The translations under genes were made by a program, and so were the position numbers. A stretch of DNA of 64,000 nt from Octopus sinensis. Its lineage: Eukaryota. Shown piece after piece: positions 54,277 through 64,000 of this stretch (position 1 is the first letter of the stretch; each line of letters begins with the position of its first letter). The stretch spans positions 71,052,001 through 71,116,000 of the forward strand of contig NC_043003.1 of NCBI RefSeq assembly GCF_006345805.1, read 5' to 3'. The notes under the pieces were generated by a model that was not told where the DNA came from, searched no databases, and worked only from the letters and a program-made list of their open reading frames with translations.

Positions 54277-54629
54277 ATCAGAATGAATATTTAACATTCT
54301 ACTATTTCATTTTATTTTATTCAATTATAATATATTATCTTATAATATATCATTATAAGATTGTAAATAAAACGTGAAAATCAGACAAGGTTGGAATTCT
54401 TTTTATTAATATATATATATATATATATATATACTTACATGTATACATGTATCTTTATATGTATATATATATATGTATATACATATATGAAGGCTGTTGG
54501 AGTTTTGCGATATTTTGTGGTAGTTTGATATTTATAATATTGTATTTGCAGCCGTTAGATTTAAACAGTTTTAGACATAGATATACGAGTGAAAATCATA
54601 TATGTATATATATGTGTATATGTATAGGT

Positions 54630-55023
54630 GTAAGCGTGGCTTCGTGGTAAGTAGCTTGCTTATCACTTATCAACCACATAGTTCCGGGTTCAGACCCACT
54701 GCTTGGTACCTTGGGCAAGTGTCTTCTACTAAAGCATCGGGCCGACCAAAGCCTTGTAAGTGTAGTTGGCAGACGGAAACATATATGCATAAGGCCGTGA
54801 GCTGGCAGAAACGTTAGCACGCCAGGCGAAATGCCTAGCGGTATTTCGTCTGCCGTTACGTTCTGAGTTCAAATTCCGCCGAGGTCGACTTTGCCTTTCA
54901 TCCTTTCGGGATCGATAAATTAAGTACCAGTTATGCACTGGGGTCGATATAATCGACTTAATCCGTTTGTCTGTCTTTGTTTGTCCCCTCTATGTGTAGC
55001 CCCTTGTGGGCAGTAAAGAAATA
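54630..55023 (+). mobile_element. Two adjacent SINEs: second-family head/body (54630-54780) followed by a full 13.1-kb-family SINE (54792-55023)
   Basis: GCGTGGCTTCGTGG...GGGTTCAGACCC, then AAGGCCGTGAGCTGGCAGAAACG...AAAGAAATA. TSD GGAAACATATAT(G/A)CATA at 54775-54791 and 55024-55040. Confidence 0.85.
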
Positions 55024-55184
55024 GGAAACATATATACATAAATATATATGTATATATATATTTATTTATATATGCATATATATGTATATATATTTATGTA
55101 TATTTGCATGTATATGTGTATATATATATTTATGTATATATATATATGTGTATATATATTACAGTTAATAAGATTTGACACATA

Positions 55185-56034
55185 TCCTTCAATTGTTACT
55201 TATTTAATTTTAATTCACCCATCTTAGAACATGCCTACTGCTTGCTCTGAAGACTTCCAAAATTCACTTGTCTGTGACGGAAAATACTCCACCAGTACTG
55301 TTCCTACCTCGTCTACAGAATTCACATTCTTTCCGCTAAAATGATTTTGAAGACTGCAGAATAAATGATAATCAGATGGGGTAATATCCGGCGAATATAG
55401 TTGGTAGGGTATCGTTTCCCATTCAAACTGTTCTAGCGTTTGGAATGTCATCCTCACTGTGTATGTTTGAGCATTATCCTGGTGGAAGAACACCTTTCGT
55501 CTAGCAACCAAAGATGGTCATTTTTCTTCTAGCGCTGACTTGAATGATTGGTTGAATGACCAAATCCAAGCTTCTCTGCTAGTTCCTCAACAGTTACGAT
55601 GGGATTTTGTTCCACGAGGGTTTTGCAGGACGTCATCGTCGAGCTCTACAGATCTTCCAGTATGAGGCTCATTTTCTAGGCTGTAGTTTCCGGCTTGGAA
55701 TTTCTGGATCCACCGTTGACACTGGTTTATGCTTATTGTCCGATCCCCATATACTGTATTATATATATTCCTCGCACTTTCCGTTGCGTTGTTGCCTTAA
55801 TTGAACTCATAAAGCAAAACATGCCGAATATGCTCCTTTGTCACTTCCATTATAGATTTGAAAAAAATAAATGTTAAAATCGAACTGCACCCTGCAAAAC
55901 TTGCACTAAGAATAAGCACAAGGTAAAATTACTACATGATTTTATAGCAATTGATGCAGGTAGTTTGTTCCGTCCCCTTCCGAATTTTAGTTCATGCAAT
56001 TGAAAAACCGCATTATTTATGGGATGACCCAATA
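55185..56034 (-). mobile_element. Mariner transposon relic, internally deleted
   Basis: N-terminus MEVTKEHIRHVLLYEFN...QCQRWIQKF and C-terminus HQDNAQ...YSPDITPSDYHLF. TIR-like TATTGGGTCATCCCATAAATAATGCGG at 56008-56034. Confidence 0.88.
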
Positions 56035-56781
56035 TATATCGTTGTATTCTTTCGTTTCTCGTTGCGTGAAGTCTATGCAATCTGTACTTTAAATTTAAAA
56101 CGCATTTCTTTACTCCTATTGTTTTGTATGCGCCAAAAACCTAGAATTATATTATCCTTGATTATTTAATGAGAGTTTACGAAGCTGTTTATTTCTAGAA
56201 TTACACTGAATGACCTTTTTAAATCATAAGCTGTCTACACATAAATTAAGAAGACAATTGCCCGGGCTATTTTGTTTGTATTTAGGAAGTTATTTCAAGT
56301 ATATATTACTAAGTTAAGCGACGCTAACAACAACAATGTTCAGACAAATACCACAGACACGGTAGCATATAGGTATTCAATTTTTTGCGACGTATTTTAG
56401 TACCTGGAATGGAAACAGAAATAGATTTTCTGTAATCTTTGTTTTACAATATAGCTATTTGAATTAAAAATTCAGGTAATTAGGTGGACGATGAGGAGAA
56501 AGATGTAGAAGTATGAGTCTGCGTTCATAGATAGGAACGATCCAGCAATAAATGATATGTATTTCTATGTATTTATTATTTCAAGCAGAAACAATTATAG
56601 TTTACAAATGCAGAATGTAATTAGTTTTATCGAAAAACATATTTGCTAACATATAGTTAATATAAACAGAATAACGCAGTTAATTTAATGGTAAGATATT
56701 TGCACGTATATAGAAATGCATGCATGTATGTCGGTAATACAGCACAAGGGTGATATTGCCCTTTGCCGAGCATGAAATACC

Positions 56782-57014
56782 TATTTCTTTATTGCCCACA
56801 AGGGGCTAAACATAGAAGGGACAAACAAGGACAGACAAAGGGATTAAGTCGATTACATCAACCCCAGTGCGTAACTGGTACTTAATTTATCGACCCCGAA
56901 AGAATGAAAGACAAAGTCGACCTCGGCGGAATTTGAACTCAGAACGTAGCGCCAGACAAAATACTGCTAAGCATTTCGCCCGGCGTGCTAACGTTTCTGC
57001 CAGCTCGCCACCTT
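56782..57014 (-). mobile_element. Full-length SINE (13.1-kb family) with 16-bp TSD
   Basis: CCGAGCATGAAATACC at 56766-56781 and 57015-57030. Confidence 0.92.
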
Positions 57015-57229
57015 CCGAGCATGAAATACCAAGTATGTTATGCAAAAAACATGTAGAAGAAAGCAAGAGCACACTTCCGTGCAGCGTCTAAGGCGGCTCT
57101 ACCAGAGGGTTCTATATTCCAACTTTTTTATAACTTTGAGAAATTTTTCCAAAACCTACGAAAATACAATTTGACAGGAATTTGCATAACTTTCTTTAAT
57201 CACCTTACTGTGAATTGCTACATGCTAGC

Positions 57230-58730
57230 GGATGTTGATTCGTCAATAAACATTTACGTAGACATTAATGTTCTTCATGCCGATAGAATTAGGCTTATGG
57301 AGCTGGTCAATGAAATCGGCGAGATCCGCCCTGCACGTAACAACATATGATCAACATAAACCCAGAAGTCAGAAATTCTCGGGCACTGGATGAGCGCGTG
57401 CAAAAGTTTCATCCCTCTGCGCATTTCTCAGACAGATCCGGCTGTCGGTATCCTCGTACTTTATAGTTTACCTCGAACCGGCAATGTCCCTTGGTAGCAG
57501 TACCAGGACAGGGATTTCTGCAAATTATCCATGGGCCCCACCCCAAGGATGATTTTCGATGGATACCGTGTATGAAAAAAAACAAAACCTTTGGAGGGCA
57601 GATGAAATCAGTAGTGACAACGATGTCTTGTTCACTTGGAGATCTGGATGAAACCGATCTATTCATTCAGGACTCTACGATGCTGTTCAGGTGTCAAGCT
57701 GCAGGCCTATTGAATTTTCCTGGTTAATTTTCGCTCCTATCACTGCCACATATTCCCTTAGATCGAGTTGTTCCTTCTCTAACACTATTATGGTAACGTT
57801 TCATGCATATGTCAACACGGAGCATCTGCATATCTTAGTTTGCGCAGAATGCACCTCAATATCCCTGGCTTTCACACTAGTGGCTCCAGCGTCAATACAT
57901 ACAGAAGAAACAAGAATGAACAATCTCGGTGGTCAGAACGTATGAGACTGAATGGTTCTGATAGGTAGCCATTTAACCAGATGACTGGTCGCTTTGAAGA
58001 TAGCTGTCAAATACCGATGGCCGAACTTATCGAAAGCTTTTAATTGATCTAAGTTGATCAGAGTTCACCCGTGCCAGGTTTATTAACATCCCTCTCTATG
58101 ATGTGTCACATAAGATAGAGGTTATCGTGGTTTGTCTGTTTGGTATGGCACTATCTGTGCTTCACCCTCGTTCGGGTCCTTCTCAGCAGTGCCATCTCAC
58201 CTCGGTTCAGAGGACTGGGAATTTTCCCATGAACGCTTGCTAAGAGATCGCCGAAAAATTCTGATATATTAGCGTAAAACTCGTAACGAACGCCAACTAA
58301 ACCAAGCCATTTGTCTCTCGTGCAGCCAAACATGGCTTCCTTTATTTCCACAAAGCTCCGATGCCCCCGCTAAGAGTCGCTGCTGGTTGCAGAGTTAGGC
58401 AATAAAGTCCATCCTGCATTTCAGCCCCCGTCCCACTCTTGCCGAACAATTGTGCATAGTGCCACCGAAAGGTCACACATATCTGCCTGGAGCCGAGTAA
58501 GAAGCGTTCGTTGTGATCCACCAAAGACCTAGCTATGGCTTTCTAATCATGTTGTGCCTCTGCCACTTTGGCCTATCGAATAGCTTTCGCTCCCTATTGT
58601 CTAGAATCCTAGATTAGCCGTTTAGAAATGCAGCCATCTTGTTTCGCTTTGAGAATTAGTCAAGATCTAATCTCACTGCAAGCAAGTAGGTTGCATTTTC
58701 TGTGCAAGTCTTCTAAGTTTCTAAGTCTGC
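57230..58730 (-). mobile_element. Degenerate L1/Tx1-clade LINE
   Basis: QICVTFRWHYAQLFG and EIKEAMFGCTRDKWLGLVGVRYEFY...FFGDLLASV (cf. GKSPGLDGLPYEFY). Confidence 0.75.
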
Positions 58731-58736
58731 TTCTAT

Positions 58737-61300
58737 TGTAATCCTTAATGTCGGATTGTTATAACGACCACTCTAATATAGCAGTATCGTTAGTAAGACA
58801 AGTAGGACCACGACTATCTATGAACGTCTGCTTCGGACTCACTCTTTATACTGACGAACCTCAACTTATAGCGACTATCACATATCCCTCATCACGTGGG
58901 AGCGGTGTACCATCATTATTATTATCCACACATCTCCCCTTTTAAGTTTTCCATTTTGTCTTAGAACATTTTATCTTTTAATAACAATACTTTTTATATC
59001 ACCTCACCTCTTTTTAGATTCTTTTTTTCGAAGTTATACATTTAATATTTTTTTCTATTTGACATCCACTTCCTGGTACTCCGTACATTTTCTTTTTCTT
59101 ACGCTCGTGCACCTGGGTTCAATCATCTATAGTAGCATTGGTACTTGAAAAGTATCATATAACCATTCCATTGATTCTTCCATTCTCTTAGGTTCGCTCT
59201 CAATGAATCTTTTTTCAGTTGGTTCATGTGTCTCTTGTATAGCCTTTACTACATTTTACCAAGTATAGCATTTTACCTATGCGTTTGGTAATCATGCCAT
59301 TCTCCCAACTCTGTTTTCCGTTCTTACATAGTTTCACAAACACCTTTTCAATTCTGAACAATCTTGGCATATTTTTTCCTTGCAATTTTTCTTTTCTCGT
59401 CCGATAGCAATTTGTCGAAGACTGATTATATTTTCCTTGTAAAAATCAGTTCCACTGATGACATATCTGCTGGTGTATTTGGATTTGGTATCAACACGGT
59501 ATACTCCTAAGAATTGTTGTAGAGATACCTCCTCCGTGTCTTCCTTATTCGACTTTCTTAGGGCTCTCTTGAACGTATCGATAAAGTGTTCTGCTTGTCC
59601 GTTAGATATGTGATGGTATGGTGCCTTAGTTATATGTTCTACAGCGAACGTTTTACAGAACTTTTTTTAATTCAAAAGACTCAAAATGTCTTTCATTATC
59701 AGACACTATCGCGTCTGGGATGTCAAACAGTTTAAGTAAAAAAACAGTTCATGTAAAAAAATTTTTCCTTTGTTTTCGTGAAAAAGCCCAGTTCCTCCGA
59801 GAAAACATCTGGAAATAAATATTTTATTTTCTGTTTCAGTCCCTCAGCCCGAACCTTCGACTGAACCGACTATGTTCCCACGCTAAACAATTGTGGGCGT
59901 ATTCCACAATTTGAATAATTCCATCCGCTCTGTGCCGACTAGACTAGCTGAATATTTTAGCACATATATTTTTGCTGTTAAGGCGGCAGAAGCGTAAGCA
60001 CGCCGGACGAAATGCGTAGCCATATTTCGTCTGCCGCTACGTTCTGAGTTCAAATTCCGCCGAGGTCGACTTTGCCTTTCATCCTTTCGGGGGTCGATAA
60101 ATTAAGTACCAGTTACGCACTGGGGTCGTTGTAATCGACTTAATCCATTTTTCTGTCCTTGTTTGTCCCTTCTATGTTTAGCCCCTTGTGGGTAATAAAG
60201 AAACATATATTTTTGCCGTTTTTATTTGGTCAAAAACTGTTACATTACACACAAATTCACCAACAAAATACAATCTTTTATCAGTAACACTATGTGCTAC
60301 TTTTGTAGATTTACTTAACTTTGGTTTACCGATATACTTCTGAGTTTGTTTCGTTCATAATGGTAATATCACTTCCAGTGTCTAACTGCATTTTTACTCT
60401 TATATTTTTAATTTTCACATTTATGAATTTTCTTTTTGTTATATTACCATTTTCTTTCGATTATATACTGTTTATTCTTTTTCTCTTGTTCCAACGTCTC
60501 GTCATCTTGGTTTTACAAATGCGTTTTTATGTGTTCAATTTTTCCACAACGGAAGCATTCTGCTTTCTTAAATGGGTAGTTTTTTTTTCTGGTGCAGACC
60601 TCCACATGCAAAACATCGGTTTGTTTCCTGATTCTTGCGCTGTTTGTACTGTATTTTAGTACACACACGTGATTTCTATTCTGCTTATTTCACACTTGTT
60701 TCACTTGAGAGCAATCTTTATGTTCAATTTTCTCTGTGTCGTGCCATCTTAGATTTACTATTCTTTCACACTCTTCTGACACTTGTAAGGTTACAGCTTG
60801 GTTTCGTTTCAGCTTAGCGACAATTCTTGTACTTACTTCAGCGTCTTTCTCTACAGTTAGTTCCTGAGTAAATATCAGGCGTTAATTAGTCCAGCTTAAT
60901 ATTTTTACCTTCCCGGTTAACTCTACCAGCAAATGTTGTTCTTTTCTAGGTTCAAACATTTCCAACGTGTATTGTGCAACGAGTTTTTCTCACTAAAAAT
61001 TCTACACAATATGTGTTGTGTACCGTTAAAGTTTATATCAGAAAGTTTTTTCGAGAGTACGTTCTACTGCTGCCAGTTTTTTTTTCTAAGATTAAACGCG
61101 TTTACATATCGTCAATACAATCTTTGCACTCTTTATTGGAGATTTGTTCGTATCTTCTATAGTAAACCTCGAAGGTAATTCCTTCGTCTGGTTCGTACTT
61201 AAACTCTGCTGTCGAGTTCGCAATATAATATAACGTGGACATTCTTTTAGCATTTCCTGACGACTTACTTTTCATTAATTGGAATGGGTCTACTGTTTTT
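58737..61300 (-). mobile_element. Ty3/Gypsy LTR retrotransposon relic: gag, integrase and 3' LTR; RT not seen
   Basis: Gag AEFKYEPDEGITFEVYYRRYE; knuckles CFACGGLH and ECFRCGKIEH. Integrase-like IPDAIVSDN and SNGQAEHFIDTFKRAL. Polypurine tract AAAAGGGGAGA, then a TG...CA LTR at ~58932-58737. Confidence 0.82.
59980..60202 (+). mobile_element. SINE (13.1-kb family) inserted in the Gypsy relic, with TSD
   Basis: ACATATATTTTTGC(T/C)GTT at 59962-59979 and 60203-60220. Confidence 0.9.
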
Positions 61301-61667
61301 ACTATTATCCCCCAAACACCCTCTAATCTAGTTTTCTCTATCGCTGCTTTCATACCTTATCGTTCTACTCTTATCGTCCTGAAAAGGGAGCATCCTCAAT
61401 ATGTTGTCGACGTTTGCTCCCGGTCAACTAAACCGTTAACTCGGTTTCTGTAAGCTTGACGTGCTGGAAAGGATGCGCTCAGTTCCCAGTAATCGGGGTT
61501 CTGTGTAGCCGATCATTTTAAGTTGTGGACAACCTATTTTATCCCTATGTGCTGGTCTATAGAATACCTTATCTAGATATAATCCAAACGACTCAATGTT
61601 TTTAAAACTTTCTTCGGATTTGTATTTTAAGTATCGAAAATTAAGATATTTCACAATACATGAATAA

Positions 61668-61885
61668 TCCTTTCCACTATAGGCACACGGCCTGAAATTT
61701 GAAGGAAGAGTACTAGTCGGTTACATCGACCCCAGTGATTCACTGGTACTTAATTTATCGACCCCTAAAGGATGAAAGGCAAAGTCGACCTCGGCGGAAT
61801 TTGAACTCAGAACGTAGCGACGGGCGAAATACCACTAAGCAGTTCGTCCAGTTTGCTAACGATTCTGCCAGCACGCCACCTTATG
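61668..61885 (-). mobile_element. SINE (13.1-kb family, alternative tail) ending ~70 nt before the exon acceptor
   Basis: CGACCCCAGTG...GGTACTTAATTTATCGACCCC...GGCGGAATTTGAACTCAGAACG; tail GTGCCTATAGTGGAAAGGATTATT on the minus strand. Confidence 0.85.
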
Positions 61886-61957
61886 CAACAATAATAATAT
61901 TAATAATAATAATAACCATACTTATAATTAACTCCATGTTTACTTCTCTATCTGCAG

Positions 61958-62187
61958 GCTCCAACTGAACTTCATGCCGCTGAGCTCTCTGAGCTGGTAA
62001 GTTACTTATTGAAACCAGCCAAAACTGATGTGGCCAAAGTCCGTGTTATATTTCGATGGATTTCTGGTCAAGACTTACTACGATACAAACACATTCATGC
62101 TCCACCGAAGGAATCTGCTGCTATGTATCTGAATGATTTGAAACAAAACAAAGGAAGCTACGAATCACTCTTTCGCCAAATGTGCAA
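61958..62187 (+). CDS. Second coding exon of the Hillarin/KY-like gene (start of the transglutaminase-like domain)
   Basis: Acceptor TTACTTCTCTATCTGCAG, phase 0 matching the previous exon. Reads APTELHAAELSELVSYLLKPAKTDVAKVRVIFRWISGQDL...KGSYESLFRQMC, then donor AA|GTAAGT. It resembles D..K.R.IFRWI and Y..LF..LC motifs of this family. Confidence 0.85.
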
Positions 62188-62894
62188 GTAAGTTATCTCA
62201 AAAATTTCATTTCCATTCCACATGAATGATGATTTTTTGCCCTCTTACCTTATTTTGCGCGCGTATTTGATGTGTCGTAGCAACCAAAAACACTACATAG
62301 ATCAACAGTGTCTTTAACTGTATACACAGTACCGTTGTACATATATAAAGCGTCAACAAAATGAATTATCCCAACTAATGAAATTGGTGCTATATTTTGT
62401 ATACTTTGCTATAGTTAAAACCCTTCCATTTGTAGAAAAATTGGTCTCCCTAAGGAGGCTTAAACTGATTCTCAAATGTGACACTGGGAAGCAGTGAATT
62501 CGCTGTTTCGCATCAACAACTCTTTTGTATTCTTTTGTATTCGTCACAATAAATATGAGGTGATTAGTAAATATTGAAACTGTTCAAACATTAATTGGAC
62601 ATAGACGCGGGAGTGGCTGTATGGTAAAAAGCTTGCTTCCCAACTACATGGTTCCAGGTTCAGTCCCGGTAACTAACAAATAATGGTCCTTATTTAGGAA
62701 AGTTTTTAGTCGAACGGGATTTATTTCTTAAAACTAGTACCCTTTTGCTGAACCGCTTAAAACTAGGTCCCTTTTGCTGAACCGCTAGGTTACGGGAACG
62801 TAAACACCGCGATGATGGTGGACAAACACAGACATGCACACGCATATATATATATATATATGTGTGTGTGTATGTGTGTGTGTGTGTTTGTATG

Positions 62895-62926
<32 letters not shown>

Positions 62927-62986
62927 TATATATATGTATGTATATTTATATATATATATATACACATATATATATATATGTATGTA

Positions 62987-63069
<83 letters not shown>

Positions 63070-63302
63070 GACAGGCTTCTTTCAGCTTCTGTCTACCAGA
63101 TTCTACTCACAAGACACATGTCCAACTTTCCACGCACTTGGACTCAACTCAGAACCATGTGGTTGGGAAGCAAGCCTCTTACTACACCTCACGCCATATG
63201 TGTGTTTGTGTGTATTTCGCATAAGCATTGTGAAACTAATAACCTGGAGTAGAACTCAATATACACATGTCTAAGAAAGCGTTAGTCGAGTACAGAGCAG
63301 TA

Positions 63303-63633
63303 ATAAGAAACTGAGATGACGAAGGAATAACCGATCATCTTATGAACTTCAGTAGCTTGTAGTTGTTTCTGCTATAAGATGCAGTGGACTGATAGTTGAG
63401 TATCTGAGTAACGTAGCTTCACGGGAGCTGCGAATATGAAGTGTAATTTATTTGGTAATAATGTAGTTCTTTTCTTGAATAAATTGCACTTCTTATTCGA
63501 GGTTCTGGTGATGCTATAACGTGTTATTCAGGCACTCAGCCATGAGTCCACTGCATCTTGGTAGCAGAAACAGCTGCAAGCTACTGAAATGCATAAGATA
63601 ATCGTTTATTCCTTTGTCATCTCAGTTTCTTAT
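63303..63633. repeat. Imperfect fold-back (~120-150-bp arms), MITE-like
   Basis: ATAAGAAACTGAGATGAC...GCAGTGGACT is mirrored by AGTCCACTGC...GTCATCTCAGTTTCTTAT. Confidence 0.75.
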
Positions 63634-63649
63634 ACATATGTATATATAT

Positions 63650-63705
<56 letters not shown>

Positions 63706-64000
63706 AATTGAATTCAGAACGGAAAAAAATAGCGTAAGGCATTTTCTCCATCACTATCAATTCTACCAGGTTATCGACGTTAGACATACACGTATACGCG
63801 CGCGCGTGATAGTATCATACCAATAAGATTAATGTACTCTTTAGTTATTTCCCCCCACCCCACCCAAACGGATGTAATGTATCCTAGTATAAGCATTTTA
63901 GACCATACTATAAACTTTATTAGCGTACATGCTTCGATAATTTTATACAAATACAGGAGTGTGTGTTTTTATGTATTTGTGTCAATGCCTTTGTATGATT

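Larger units (their letters stand above)
50085..54412 (+). mobile_element. Near-full-length Penelope-like element, Neptune-type
   Basis: RT motifs ADKGG, LRPIIAG, FDVVSLYTNIPH, GTAMG and YLDD. Cys linker CNDSRCGTC; GIY-YIG NLIYCIKC..CEEIYVGQT. A ~58-bp direct repeat at 50085-50142 and 54356-54412; (TA)n on both sides. Confidence 0.95.

Noticed and set aside
61300-61660. Possible 5' LTR of the Gypsy relic, or ORF 61436-61654
   Set aside because: No similarity to the 58737-58932 LTR, no clear primer-binding site and no recognisable protein motif.

Overview
Eukaryotic, AT-rich, microsatellite-dense DNA. The SINE families and repeat landscape point to an Octopus-like cephalopod (inference; no search was run). 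One host gene is supported: two + strand coding exons (39397-39636 and 61958-62187) of a Hillarin/kyphoscoliosis-peptidase-like transglutaminase-fold protein, joined by a 22.3-kb intron. Most other ORF-track entries are translated microsatellites. The rest is a transposon patchwork: a near-intact ~4.3-kb Neptune-type Penelope-like element (PLE; RT + GIY-YIG), two older PLE relics, RTE, CR1, L1/Tx1, HERO and R4-like LINE fragments, a Gypsy relic, two mariner relics, a Tc1-type MITE, non-autonomous Helitron(s) and many tRNA-derived SINEs. The main hidden signal is a set of type I hammerhead ribozyme folds. One is in the PLE terminal repeat, two are canonical copies inside a 257-bp inverted repeat, and others sit in short non-coding elements embedded in (TA)n. 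Together they suggest an autonomous PLE plus hammerhead-bearing non-autonomous partners. Also notable: a SINE tetramer inserted with one target-site duplication (TSD), a twin-priming RTE inversion, templated rearrangements, and signs of long-read indel errors.
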